Of a DNA stretch of 64,000 nt, positions 38,213 to 51,406 are shown in pieces. The first letter of the stretch is position 1; each line of letters starts with the position of its first letter. The position numbers were made by a program, and so were the translations under genes. This DNA is from Callorhinchus milii. Lineage: Eukaryota. The notes under the pieces were generated by a model. That model ran no database searches. It was not told the DNA's origin and saw nothing but the letters and a program-made list of their open reading frames with translations. Where the stretch lies: positions 47,926,001 through 47,990,000 of the forward strand of contig NW_024704742.1 in NCBI RefSeq assembly GCF_018977255.1. The letters are read 5' to 3'.

Positions 38213-40541
38213 CTAAAAAACAGATTCATGTACCCATAAATTAAGCATGTTTTATATATTGGACATTCGAATAAATTGGATGAAACCCAGGTGCTGAATT
38301 CCTACAGCAGATATATGCTACAAATGCAGAATTTGTTGAAAGTTTCTGTTAATTTTCTGGTGGTAAGACAGGTTTTTCTTCTATTTTTAAATGAAAATTT
38401 TAAAATAAACTACAGGATACTCCAGTGCTGCAGTAAAGGCATAGAATAAGGTACCAGGAATCCCAATTCTGAAGAGATCAAGTAATAGAATGAATTAAAT
38501 TAGTTTCATTTAAAAAAGTTTTAACATTTTTAAGACTGTTCCAAACAAGGTTTGGTCATCAAAATATTGGCTGGTCTCGTTTTCAAAAAATATCCACATT
38601 TTTTATATTTATAGACTTATAATCTCAATTTATTTATAATGTGACAAACATATGGTGGCTTCAAATGTGTCAGAATACAAATAATTTTTTAACAAAATAT
38701 TCCAAATGACAACAGCACAGTGTTACAAAATCCACTGACTGCAAAACAGTCGTGTTAAAATAAGGCCAGTAGATCAGAGGTGCCCAATCCATTTGCCCAG
38801 AATGATAAAAGCAGGGTTTGGCAGGTTACAAAAATGATATAACCAAACTCCTGATTGTAATTTGCTGACATGGTTCCACAGCACAACATTGGTACAAAAC
38901 AGGATTGTTCCAGTCCTAACAGACAAACCTGCAAATATAATTTTGTTTATAAAAAGGTTTGTAAAATTGAGTCCCTTTTGGTTTAGCAATTCTCTATTTG
39001 TTGAAGGCGGGCAGGAGAGTTGCCAGTGAGTTACATGTTTTTTCACCATCCTTCTGGCATTAAATAATGTTCCGTTCCTGAAGTTCTTGCTGGTTAGGCA
39101 GATGGAAGAGGCTCTCTGTCCAGAACTCACATAGTTCTGGCCTGAACATATTGTTTCAATTGGGAAGAATTGCATTTTTATATGGCGCTTATAAACTGAT
39201 AAATCTCAAAGCACATTACACTAATTATGCTCAGGTACAGTGACTTTTAAGTGATTAATTCAATCAGACTTTGCAGTTCAACATAAGTCCCAAATCGGAA
39301 GATGGAACAGATCCTTGAAGTGCAAAGCATTGTGGACTCTCAAACCAAGGCAAAACTCAAGGGACAAATTATTAAATTGCTTTCTGCTTAATCACTCATT
39401 ATTTATATTATTTTGATCTCTCCAGAACCCTGGCTAGGAATCACTTCTGGTATACATTATTAAGCACTGCTTGCGTTATCATGTTTTATTTCAGAAGGAT
39501 GCTGAAAATTTTCAGAGTTGCAGCATTGTTAGGTAGGTGAACAATATAGTGATGATCATAAAAATACACTTGGCCCAACAAACTTCTGATCAAGGGAAAT
39601 ACCCCGAAGCAGTTTTTCTTTCAGATACTGATTGATCAACTGCTCAGTACTGGCATCTTCTGTGCTTTTTTTTAAAAAAAAGCATTGGATTCTAACATTT
39701 AGTTCCAGTAAGAAAATCAACTTTCCTTTTTTATTATTTACGATTAGAGTTTCTCTGAATTTAATACTCAAGTTTTGAACATAAAAAAATTACTATGAAA
39801 AAGCAAGAGAAGAGTTAAAATAGATGTTGGAAACTTATCAGGGTTCCACTTGGAGAATAACTGCAGGTAAGATTTGTCAGCGCCTTGGGACGTCCACCCG
39901 ACGTGAAAGGCGCTCTATAAATGCAATCTTGTTGTTGTTCTTGTTGTTATCTTTGCATCCCTTCAGGGTAAAGTGCAGCAACTGATGTACCTACTATACA
40001 GTATTATCACAAGAACAGCAAGGGGTAGGAACTACAGCTGTAAGGCTTGGCAAAGGGGAATCCCTATTTATTCCCAGAAAGTTCAAGAGTTACTGGCAGG
40101 ATGAGATGTTAACAATTCATCCACCTGCCGTGAATTTTGGCTGGTTTGCTCTTTTTACAAATAATACAATTCAAAATGTTCAGTTTTTGTATGACAAAAA
40201 CTTTGTAGGTGGAGTTATGCCTTAACTCCCCATGCACCCTAACATTGATTTTCATCAAGAGATACTGGAGGTTGTGGATGAGAAAGCGGAAATTGCTCAA
40301 GCATTAACTCAAGCACTTTTAATCTATCAGTTACTGATCTGATTTACTGCAATTTTCCCAACTGCTACGTAGTTGCCTCAGTACTGTTTAGAGCTAATAG
40401 ATTGTTTCATTTAGTGTGGCAAGGGGAAGAGATATATATATTATATATATATTAGGAATTAAAGAGCAAATAAGATTAGCCTGCAAAAAATCCTTATTAG
40501 GTTTCTATAATCTTGTATAATAAACCTTTTAAAAATCTTAC

Positions 40542-40604
40542 CTTCCCTGTGAGTAATAATGTCTTTGCTTCATCTGACAAGTAGGACTTGCTATTGCAGG
40601 AATC
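40542..40604 (-). CDS. PDS5A: PDS5A exon
   Basis: tttag|GAT TCC..GGG AAG|gtaaga; 63 bp; DSCNSKSYLSDEAKTLLLTGK. Confidence 0.93.
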
Positions 40605-41263
40605 CTAAACAAAGATACAATGATTGAAAGAAATTTACTTTCTCGTGAGGTTAGGAAAAAAACATAGAATAGCAAGAGAAAATTTGCATTCTCCTCATTT
40701 CCCTGCTATACGTGTACAAGCAATTTCCCCTAGCTCCTCCTCACTGCAAGTATTATTCCTAGCCTGTGGAAGATAAGCAGGAGACTTGAGTTGGCTGCTA
40801 AGTAATGGAAGAGGCAGGTAATTAGCTCTTCATTTCCCACCTCTGTTTATAAGTATCCTAAGGAATTGCTGTGCCTGCATGGTATCACTGTATTTGGCAT
40901 CACATTAGGCACACAAACACTACCTCACTTATGCACAAATAAAAACGTAATCAGATAAGGAAGGAATAATCGCAGAATTTTTTTTGTCAGCCAGTGTTTA
41001 TCCGGTATGGAGCGCACATATTCAACCAGGAAGGATGCATACTGTTTATCTAATCTGACTTTAGGTTTAGGTTGGCAAGAGCCATGGCTTGGGGCCACCA
41101 GAGGTAGCACTAGGATGCAGTTCTTGTAGTCAATATATTTTGCTTTGATATTTGCCCATATTTTGCTTTGATATTAACTTCACTGGACAGCAAAATAGTT
41201 TACAACTGTAGATTTACCTGCACTTGCAGAGAATAGGGCACAGCTGGGGATCGAAAAATCCCT

Positions 41264-41611
41264 TCATGCCCTGGCACCTCCCTACCTCTCCAACCTGCTT
41301 ACTCCCCACTCCATTAACTGCTACCTCGACTCACCTGGCTCTGACCTCAAGCTTGTTCTTCATACCTCCGTTCCATCATCAGCGGCAATGCTTACAGCTA
41401 CTACTCCTGGAAACTTTGGAATTATCTCCCTCAATCCCTCCACCTTGCCCCCTCCTTCCATATTTTCAGATCATGCCTGAAGACCTTCCTCTTCGACTGT
41501 GCTTACGGTTACCTCCTCCCTTCCCCCGATTTGGAATCAGGCTCCACCACCGTTAAGAGCCCTGATACGGTACCCCACGTGAAGGGCGCTATATAAATGC
41601 AAGTTGTTGTT
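41264..41611 (+). mobile_element. L2 LINE 3' fragment
   Basis: Degenerate HGLAPPYLSNLL region and tail GGGCGCTATATAAATGCAAGTTGTTGTT. Confidence 0.85.
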
Positions 41612-41833
41612 GGACCTTCCCTAAACAATTGATTTACCAAACACTCATTGTTCAGGTTTTTGCCTGAAGGATGGCCACTTAAGTGGGTGTTCTGGAAGGT
41701 TACTAGGTGCTGTAAAGGAAACGGAGGGATAAATCCAAGAGAAAACCTAGGGGAAAAATATATTGAATGTGACCCCTTTCAAAACACCTAGTATCTTGCA
41801 AGAATACTTAATAAAGTAGGAAAAACAAATTAC

Positions 41834-41953
41834 TTTATCGGGTGGTGTGAAGAATTTTGTTGGGAGCACTGGGTCCTTTGGAGAGTCCAAGTTATATGTT
41901 GTACTTTTGCTGGTAATGACAGTGAGTGCCACGTCACATACTATGTAGAGTTT
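41834..41953 (-). CDS. PDS5A: PDS5A exon
   Basis: cacag|AAA CTC..GAT AAA|gtaatt; 120 bp; [40 protein letters not shown]. Confidence 0.96.
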
Positions 41954-42424
41954 CTGTGAAACAAACAAGACAAATTTAAGCAAAAAGGATGTCATAAAAT
42001 GTGTCTGTTATATTGTATAATTGAAACAAAGCATGATTCCATTTTCAACACATTCACATCAGGTAATGGTAAACAGAAAAAAAAACTTGCCTCAGATTTG
42101 TCGTATAGATTTAGGCAATGAAATCTTTCCTCCTAATTTGTTCAGCCTTTCCATAGGGACAGGATTATACCAACATACATCGAAAAATGTAATAGCATAG
42201 TTTTGTAAGTCTAAAATTGATCACTGTGTTCGTACAATTCACTGAATTTAGTTATTTGCCTGAACTAACATTCATACCTGTGATACAAGACTGATACTGT
42301 AAAACTATCCGTGGTTTATAAAGCTGCATATGTGAACTTTAGCCAGAGAAATTAAAACATTTAGAGAAAACAAATTTTACATTTTACTGTATTAACGTTA
42401 GCACTCGATTGCTTATAGCTTCAA

Positions 42425-42660
42425 GCAGCATGGTCCAACAGGCAGCCCGTGGTCTACAACCAGGACGGCGCATGATTTTGTCAGGCCCGCAAACCGTTTT
42501 CGACCTTGTTGCTTTACCTCTCTTCTGGTTGGTCCCCAGGAGGCAGTGCGGAGAATGACAGGAAGAGGGGCGAAGTGGGAGGCATCCACCCTCGCCCCTC
42601 TCCTCCCCTAACTTTCGCGCTTCTTCAAGCAACTCAGTGAGACACAGCGAGCAGCAGGAG
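42425..42660. mobile_element. hAT (Charlie-like) transposon end
   Basis: CAGCATGGTCCAAC..GCCCGTGG..CAGGCCCGC resembles hAT-Charlie termini; GC-rich. Confidence 0.4.
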
Positions 42661-43199
42661 TATTTTGCAATTGTAAATTACAAAACTATGAGTCTCAGTA
42701 GAAAACACAAGGGAAATAGAGGATTTCAGTGTAAGTGGGAAGTGGATTATTTGTTTATTGAAAGTAATGGAAAACCTTAGTGCCTTGTTTGCTTGCACGT
42801 CATATATGGTTTGAAGGAGCTCAGAGTTAGTTTTGCAATTATGGATTAATTTGTTTTGGTTTTGTTGAGCATTCTCTGTAGGGACCTCCATATGCCAAGT
42901 TAATATCTTGCGTTTTGACTTTAATACATTAAAAAAAATTGTTACATATATTTCCTTTGAGGTGATCATTATTAAGTAATTTACACAATTTAAAACGTAG
43001 GATTTCTGTTTAATTCTTATACAAGTGCAAAACAATAACCAAAACTAAGGCAAGGAGAGGATGAGAGCAATGGTCAGAATACAAATAGTGATAAAGATAA
43101 CATAAATACTGCAGAAGAAAAAAGGTAATAGGAAGTTACCACAAAAGGTGTAACAAGTCAAAAAGTGTGAGAAGAACATCGTCAGGGCATACAGGCATG

Positions 43200-44070
43200 T
43201 TGAGGACAGTTACCCAAATGAGAGCATAAGAAATAAAACAAGTGAATTAGAAGCACAAATTCAGCTTAAAGGGTATTATAATAATAATAATCCTTGCATT
43301 TGATATAGCGCTTTTCACGCCTTCTAGACGTATGATGTGGTAGCCATTACAGAAACCTGGTTATAAGCTGGGAAGGATTGGGAGCTAAATATTCCAGGCT
43401 ATAAAATCTTTAGAAAAGACAGGGACATTGGAAAAGGAGAAGGAGCAGCAATATTAATAAAAGACACTATTACAGCAGTGGAAAGGAAAGATTTCAGTAA
43501 GGTCGAAAAGGTTGTGGAAACACTGTGGGTAGAATTAAGGAACAGCAAATGAGGTAAGACTCTGTTGGGAGTAGTCTACAACCCTCCAGAGAGTTGTGAT
43601 GTAGTGGGGAAATGTATAAACACGGAGATCAGGGAAGCACGTAGCAAAAGCAGGAAATTGGAAATGCCAAGATAATATAATCCTTGCATTTGATATAGCG
43701 CTTTTCACGTCGGGAGGACGTCCCAAAGCGCTTCACAGAACACACTGTCAGGTGAATTGACTATATTTGTGGGCGAACGCGGCAGCCAATTGCGCACAGC
43801 AATGTCCCACAAACAGTCGTAGATTGAAAATGACCAATTTATTATTGGTTTTGGTTTTGGAGGGATTATTATTAGGCGTGTGGAGTAAGGAAACTTGCCC
43901 AAGGTTTCGCCCTGACCTGCCTGGAATTGAACTTGCAAAGCAAGTGCTCTAACCACTGAGCTACAGGACTCCACAAAGATAAGTTGAGTTACAGATCAGC
44001 CATGATCTAATTGAATGTGGAACGGGCTTGAAGGGCTGATTGGACTATTCCTGTTCCTACTTTCCTATGT
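43200..44070 (+). mobile_element. CR1 LINE remnant (endonuclease fragment and 3' tail) with nested SINEs
   Basis: Translates SIRNKTSELE..YDVVAITETWL..WELNIPGYKIFRKDR..ETLWVELRN..LLGVVYNPP with stops; CR1 tail GATCAGCCATGATCTAATTGAATG at ~43995. Confidence 0.9.
43673..43974 (-). mobile_element. Full-length tRNA-derived SINE
   Basis: Reverse complement of the 23007 family, head to tail. Confidence 0.95.
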
Positions 44071-44218
44071 CACCCAAAAGTTGGACCACCCTGGGATCAA
44101 CCCATCAGCACAAGTCATTTCAATCTTGAGTTATTTTCTGAAGATAACACTGTAATATAACAAATGATTCAGTTCTTAGCTATCACAGTATTCCATTTCC
44201 AAAATGCATTTCTCTCAC

Positions 44219-44351
44219 CTCATTCATTTTGCAATCATCTGGTGCTTGAGCATCCTTGGTCTGTTTGATGTTCTCCACCATTTTTCTTATAAAAGCATGG
44301 CTATTGTTTTCATTTTTTGTCATTAAAACTTCCAACATGAACCACAGGCAT
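44219..44351 (-). CDS. PDS5A: PDS5A exon
   Basis: gataag|A TGC CTG..AAT GAG|gtgaga; 133 bp; [44 protein letters not shown] (AAG acceptor). Confidence 0.95.
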
Positions 44352-44511
44352 CTTATCAGATACAGTAAAAAAAAAAGTTGCATTAAGAAGTGAAAAGGTA
44401 AGGCATTAAAAATAAAGGAGGGTTTTACCAATGGCCAACAGGTTTTTGGGGGGATATTGGTTCAAAAGACATGCAAGGACAATTTAAGCAATGCAGAATT
44501 ACATTACTTAC

Positions 44512-44626
44512 TCTTTGATGTCACGTAGCTGCTCAATATCTTGCGTTTTTGTAAAATCTGGGTCATGGGCAAGTAGATGAACTGTGTATGGGACTACGTA
44601 TTCAGGCAAGAGAGACAGCAGCTTCT
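44512..44626 (-). CDS. PDS5A: PDS5A exon
   Basis: tttag|AG AAG CTG..AAA GA|gtaagt; 115 bp; [37 protein letters not shown]. Confidence 0.96.
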
Positions 44627-45276
44627 CTAAATAACAGACAAAGCATTGAAAATTAGGACATCAGTGTGTGCAAATTGACTGCCACATTCACCTAGAAATA
44701 CACAGCCATTACTGTGTTTTTCAAAAGATTAATTAAATTCTGGATATAAATTAACATTAATGGTGCCAGTTACAAAGTAAATACAAACTAAATAAACTAG
44801 AATTTCACATTTCTGCAGATCTTTTCGTGTTTGGAAGATAGGTAACAAATAACAGTATGATAAAAAAAATCTTCCAGTCACTGCTTGAAAGTCTATTCAG
44901 GAGTGTGGAGACTGTGATTTGTATTTTATTGCTCTGATGTAGCACTTGACAGATTTAGGTTGAATTGTTAGTGCAATTAAAGTGAAAGCCAGTGCTATGA
45001 CTCATAAACAAGGCTTCTGTTTTTCAGGGTTTAAATTTTTTTTCGGGATTTATTTTTACTTGATTCTAAGCATTTTTGAGTTCTAAATCCAGATGTGTAT
45101 ATTAGCTTGTTAGCAAATTTACTCAAAGACCATAAACTGTACATCAAAGAAGTTTCTTATTTGATATGTGAACATTATGCCACGCCCCTCTTCCCAAATA
45201 TGACACTGACGCAACAGTATCTTGACAAATCTTCCACAGGAATTTCAAATATTTGGAATAAACAGGTAATACTAAC

Positions 45277-45481
45277 CATGAGCCATTGGGTTTTGCTTGA
45301 TATACTCCCTCCGTATACTGATATTTTTAAGGAGACACTGTCTGGCATGTGCTCTTCGCTCCTTTACAGGGTCCTTGGCACATAGTGCAAACACTGCCAT
45401 ATACTCCAATGGAAGTAATAATTTCCCCAGGGCCTTGTGTAGTTTCAGAGCAAATATCTGCCTCACCTGGTAACACTCATC
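45277..45481 (-). CDS. PDS5A: PDS5A exon
   Basis: tgcag|GAT GAG..CAT G|gttagt; 205 bp; [68 protein letters not shown]. Confidence 0.97.
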
Positions 45482-46069
45482 CTGCAACAGCAGAAGTACT
45501 ATATGAACAAAATATCATCATGTTGATATAAACAATTACATTGGTCACAAATGCTCAGTAATCATTTCACAGGCAGATATAATGCAATGGTGATAGTGTA
45601 ATGATAGTCTCTAACATATAATCTAATTCACCGAATAGTTTAAATTTCACAGTGGGGGAGAGAAGAAACCGGTTAAAAAAATCGAGGAGACAAAACAAAA
45701 CTGAAAAGGATCATGATAGTAGATGCAAAATAATGCCAAGAAATCTTAAAGGACCTGAAGAGAGTTCAAAATGAAAACAAATGAGTACTTTATGCATGGT
45801 TTTTAAATCGGGTGGAAAGGGAATGGAGAAAGGGAAGCAGAAAAAGAGGAAGAACAATAACAATATGCCAGCCAAAACCCGTTGTATGAGCTCCACGAAT
45901 TTGACATCAGCAAGGCAGAATTTCTGGAGGGGGAACGAAAACCTTTGACGTTGTGCCCCAGAGTACTAAATGAAACAAATGGATGAGATATGTGGAACAC
46001 TAATAGACATTTTCAGGGAGTTAAACAAATAATGAAGAGGTAATATAGTAACCCTTGGTTTTGGTATAA

Positions 46070-46350
46070 CACCTATAACATCAAAACATCTCAAAGTGAT
46101 TTACAAAAACTACTGTCATGTGTCATGATTATTAATAGACAAACAATTTGCATACAGCAATGTCCCTAAAACAGCCAGGAGATGAATGACCAGTTTATCT
46201 GGAGAATTGCTGGTCAGGACACTGGGCGAAACTCTTCTTCGACAGTACCATGGGATCTTTAATGTATATGAGGACAAAAAAGTGCGATTTAACGTCTCAC
46301 CTGAAGGGCAGCACCTCCAACCATACAGTGCTCTCCCAAAATTGTAATGG
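46070..46350 (-). mobile_element. Deu-domain SINE fragment
   Basis: GAATGACCAG..TGGTCAGGACAC..CATGGGATCTTTAA..TTTAACGTCTCACCTGAAGGGCAGCACCTCC. Confidence 0.7.
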
Positions 46351-46639
46351 AGTTCAAAATTCCAGGTACTAATAAACTGGAAACAAGAAAATAACTGGAA
46401 CCTCTTTGGAGCCTGCTGTTCCTAATATATACAAATGATCTGGACTCATACTCAGTGCAAATCAAGTTCAATACAGATAATAAAAGATACAACACATAGG
46501 AAGTAAAAATAGGAGGAACTTGTAAGTCCTAAACATGATAGAGACTAATAAGGGGCAGTTGAAAGAGGCTGAAAAGTGTTAGTTGATTGTCACATACTTC
46601 ACTGTGCTCTTTCTTGGTCAGCTGGGTGTCTGATATATA

Positions 46640-47040
46640 TATGGAACTTGTCACCTTGCTAAGAGTATCCAAATCAGACGGAGTTCCACCTAAACATGGA
46701 AATTTCCCTATGCCTGGAATGGAATGTCCACTCTGTCCCACGAGGGTCACATCCCACTTATCTGATTTCACAGAGTATTAGGCGCAGGTTGATAAGAGCC
46801 AAGGCTTGGGGACCCCAGAGTGTGCGGTGTGGTGTACTGCTGGTTTAATCAGATGAAACCGCAAAGCTTGCTAACGAGAGTGTTGTTTGGCAGAGCTTTA
46901 GATTAAAGTGTTAATAGGAGCTGAGTGAGAAGAATCCCTGACTAGTCTGCCCCTCCAAGTCCTGGCAATGAGCCAGGCTGTCTTCAGCTTGCGGACCCAC
47001 CTGGCTCAGGAACTAGTCAACCAAGACCGCTACAGAAGAC
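46640..47040 (+). repeat. Unclassified interspersed repeat (family X)
   Basis: Colinear with the reverse complement of 49920-50310. Confidence 0.7.
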
Positions 47041-47149
47041 TGACTTGATTCCAATATTCTGTTGCCCAGCACATCATCCAGGAGTGAGCTCAGATTCAAG
47101 GAGATCTTGCTTACCACCACCTCCCCTCACCTGGTAATTTAAATCAGGT

Positions 47150-48045
47150 GAGACAGCATTAAGTAAGGCAAACAGGATGCCAGGCTTCATTAGCAAATTA
47201 GTTGTGTACTCAAAAAGTAACATTAAGCCATGCAGGGCTATGGTTAGGCTGTATCTGGAGTACCATGTACAGTTCTGGTTGCAGTGATATGGGGATACAG
47301 AATATTGGAATCAATTCAGTACTCCATTGCTGTCTTGTTTGACTAGTTCCTGAGCCAAGTGGGTCCAATGCAGGGAGGTGGAGGTGCTCAGTGCCTCGAG
47401 GTAGTGCAGAGGAAGGTAAAGAGGCAAATTTTCAGTGTTAAGAGCTTGGAGGAATGATTGCATCATCATCTTGGGCTCAAGGTTATCTAATCTAAGGTGA
47501 AGAGATACATCAGTTGAAGTATACAAGACATTTAATGGGATAGAGAAAGTAAACTTGGAACAATAATTCAGATATAATAAGGTAACAGACAAGTGGGCAC
47601 AGGTTCTGAAGAGCAAGTTCAGGAGAGACATCTGAAAATATTTTTCTTGTACAAAGAGGCGAAACAACAACAACATTACATTTGTATAGCGCCTTTCACA
47701 TCGGGAGGATGTCCCAAGGTGCTGGACAGTGTATAGCATTTCAGACCCGAGCTGGGGTCAGGGGGGAGAAGGGAGGGGAAGGGGGGTGACCAATGGTATG
47801 GTCGAAGAGGAGGGTTTTGAGGCGGGACTTGAAGGAGGCTAAGGAGGGAGTGAGGCGGAGTGATTGGGATGGAGTTCCAGAGGTTGGGGGCAGAGTGGCT
47901 GAAGGCTCTAAAATAGATTAATTAGGAAAGATGACTGAGGAGAGGATACTGGACTAATTTAACAGCTTGTTTGCTCTAATAGAAAGATGGTAGGATGGTT
48001 TTGTTAAAGGAAGACATCAAATGTCTTTCTTCATCCGAACCAATC
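47150..48045 (+). mobile_element. Degraded CR1 LINE 3' region with nested insertions
   Basis: GGCAAACAGGATG..GGTTAGGC..CTGGAGTAC..CAGTTCTGG (CR1 ORF2 C-terminal region) and later CR1-like segments. Confidence 0.65.
47663..47909 (-). mobile_element. L2 LINE 3' end
   Basis: AACAACAACAACATTACATTTGTATAGCGCC..; reverse complement of 11440-11686. Confidence 0.92.
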
Positions 48046-48647
48046 CTGCGATCAATTGATATTATGGTGTTCTATCCACTGACGAAGCCTACCCACAAAA
48101 GCTGGATGCAGTAATTCCTCAGATTTTAATGATTCAAATCATTAAATAACTTTCTGCTCAATTTAAGAGACATTCACCTTATAAAAAAAGAATTTTTTGG
48201 AGCAGCTGTTATTTAATTCATCCTGTACTACAGATCTGAAAATACAATTACAGAACGTTTAATTATCAATTTATCAATCTGCCAAATGACATAAATCAGT
48301 CAATAAGCCACCTGCATGCTGCAGTAAAGGAACTGTATACTGTTAAAAGAAATTGAATTCTATAATGTTTGTTTATCATTACATCTCCCCTTGTCTCGTT
48401 ATACAGAAATGTTTGTTGTGAACCACAAGGTGCATCAATACATTAGAATTGAATGAGAAACATTGCTGTACACAAATTTGACTAAAAAATACAGTAATTA
48501 CAATTTAGAATAAATCCTGTGAAGTGTTTTGAGATGTCCTCCCGATGTGAAAGGCGCTATGTCAAAATCAAGGATTAGAATTCTATAAGAATGGAAGAAT
48601 GAAAAAGAAACATCGAAACTGAGTGGATAAAATTAATATATACGTAC

Positions 48648-48771
48648 ATTAATAACAAGTGCACAAAGCTGGAACTGCTCTGGGGTGATAATTTCATGGT
48701 AACAAGGTTCTTGTGCAAGTTTAAGTATGGCACATCCTGCAGCCAACCGTAACCGAGACATATCAGATTTA
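48648..48771 (-). CDS. PDS5A: PDS5A exon
   Basis: ttccag|T AAA TCT..ATT AAT|gtacgt; 124 bp; [41 protein letters not shown]. Confidence 0.97.
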
Positions 48772-49919
48772 CTGGAAAACAGAAAAAAGGGTCAACTTTC
48801 AAATCAAAATTACGTAAACATTTCTTAAGTAACATAATATTGCAACCTGTAATAAGCTAATGGAGGATAAGATACACAAAACCAAAAGAAGAGTAAATTA
48901 CTTACCATGTAATCCTTACTCTTCTAATAAAAGGTCCCCTCCACACACATCGATATTGTCTCACGCAGCATGTCTGAACAGGACAAAGAGAGGAAATCAG
49001 GTCTCTCTGTTCCTCTTTATATTCTTCAGATCATGTTCTCATTGAAAATGTGTCCGTCTTTGACGTTACTGGGGGATTTTTTGTTTGATTTTGACTAACT
49101 CCAATAAACAAATGCTTTTGTGAGGGGCAAGTACCAATGCGTGTATGTGCAACTGGAGGAGACATTTCATTTGAAGAATGAATACAAGGCAAATAATTTA
49201 CTTTTCCACCACATTCTCAGGTTTCCTTCGCACATATATGAGCAAACCACAGGGAGTACATCCTCCAAAAAGTGCCAAATTCAAAGCCTAAATTGACAAG
49301 TATAAGCAGCCGACAGTACCACTAGAGAAAAAAAATGCAGATGGTACATAAAATAAGTGTTTGAAGTGAACGTGTCATCGAGATATCTCAAAACAAAAAC
49401 ATGTAAAAATCTGCTTAGAAATTCTAGTGGAATAAACATCAAGATTAGCAGAGACAGCTATAATATAGCCAAAGTAACACCACTCCGAAGGCAGATGTTT
49501 GATGAGGAAACTCTACGGCTTTGAACAACAGCTACTGGAAGGCATTACCTGGAGTCCGAGTTTGCAAAAACACGACAGTACATCCAGGTCTTGGAATACA
49601 ACTTGAATGGTTTGCAGAAACGTAAGCAGCTACTGCTCAAGCTCTGCACTTCCAACTGGTGGAACCATCGTTCATTGGGTAGGGATGTGTGTCCGAGCAG
49701 TGGACAGGAAAATGGTGGCAATCCTCACGCATTTCACGTCGAGCCGTATTGCCCTTCAAGAAGCTTGCAGGGATTTCCTGATATCTACCATTCTCCTAGT
49801 GAGGGCTCAAACCCATGCTCGTCGAATGTCAAACTGGTGACCGTCCTTCGAAAGGGTAAACTGGGTCTCTTTGAAGTTGAATTGGCTCCAAGGTGACATG
49901 TTTGGCGACGGAATGTCAG

Positions 49920-50310
49920 AACCCTCTGCGGCGGTCTAGTTCAGTTCCTGAGCTGGGCAGGTCCACAATACTCCAGGGCACCTCTGGCAGCCCACCAGCC
50001 TGGTTCATCGGCAGGACTTGGAAGGGCAGATCAGTCACTGGGCACAAGGATTCTTTGGTTTTAGCTGGTTAGATTCCAGTAGTAAACTAACACTCTGGGG
50101 TCCCTGTAGCCAACCTGCAACTTATACTCTCTGGAATTAGGTAAGTATAAGCTTTGTCTCTCCAGGGAGAGAGTGTGTATTCCATTCCAATAAATATCTC
50201 AGGAATTTCATCGAATGGGTGCAATGCATGGGTTGTTTTTGGTCTGGATTTTCTTAAGCATTATGATCTGTTTCCAAATATGTCAAACACTGACTGACCA
50301 AAACAAAACT
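49920..50310 (-). repeat. Unclassified interspersed repeat (family X)
   Basis: Inverted homolog of 46640-47040. Confidence 0.7.
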
Positions 50311-50485
50311 ATAGCATAGAACAGAATTTGTTATAACCTACCAATGATTTTTATTTAAATATACAAACCATTTTCCATTAGAATGTATTAATAGTTTGCA
50401 TATCTGACACTTTTGAAGATTTTAATGCTGGATGGATGAATTTTTAGCTGGTTTGTGCTTAGATGTCTGTGCAACATAGGACTCA

Positions 50486-50793
50486 TGGAGTCCTATAGCT
50501 CAGTGGTTAGAGCACTCGCTTTGCAAGTGAGAGACCTGAGTTCAATTCCAGGCAGAGGGCGAAACCTTGGGCAAGTTTCCTTACTCCACACGCCTAATAA
50601 TAATCCCTCCAAAACCAAAAACAATAATAAATTGGTCATTTTCAATCTACGACTGTTTGTGGGACATTGCTGTGCGCAATTGGCTGCCGCTTTCGCCCAC
50701 AAATATACAGTCAATTCACTTTGCAGTGTGTTCTGTGAAGCGCTTTGGGACGTCCTCCCGACGTGAAAAGCGCTATATCAAATGAAAGGATTA
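50486..50793 (+). mobile_element. Full-length tRNA-derived SINE
   Basis: Head with A/B boxes through the tail; very similar to the 43673-43974 copy. Confidence 0.95.
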
Positions 50794-51191
50794 AAACAGG
50801 AAATACAGTCTGTGTATGTGAATGTGGAAATAACCTGAGAACGAAGTACAATTTTTAGTTGCACAAAATTTCACAGGTTTCACACCTCACAAATGATTTA
50901 CAATTGGTGTGGCCTGCTTCAATTCATGAATGCAGCTTAAGTGTTGCATTCCAAGGAACAATCTTCCAAATGAGGGAACAAAGAATGGGGGTAGGGGAAG
51001 AAGGATACATTCTGCGCTTACGTGGTGACCTTGAGGCACCAAAAGCATGAAAAGACATTTCTGAGCAGTTCTCTTTATTAAGATGACATCAATTTGTATT
51101 TGCAAGTGAACCAGTCTTCTGCTTTTATTTTATCATGTTGACTATTTAATTATTATAATAGATTACAGAGAATAATTCTATGCAAAATTAC

Positions 51192-51328
51192 CTTATCTTT
51201 TTCTGTTCAGTTAAATCACCCTCACTAACGAGCATTGCTGATAATAGCCGCAGCGTGGAATTGGCAGATTTAGATTGGTTGTTCTTCATCCCTAACAGCC
51301 ACCGCACCAACAGCTTAATGGCCTGAAC
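51192..51328 (-). CDS. PDS5A: PDS5A exon
   Basis: tgtag|GTT CAG..ATA AG|gtaatt; 137 bp; [45 protein letters not shown]. Confidence 0.97.
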
Positions 51329-51406
51329 CTACAAAGAAAAGTAGAAATGCACATGCACAGAAAATTTTGAACGTTCATTTTTGCACCAACGGGAATGTAA
51401 GCATTA

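Noticed and set aside
44352-44354. AAG acceptor as a non-canonical splice site
   Set aside because: Still a GT-AG intron; exon phases fit both neighbours.
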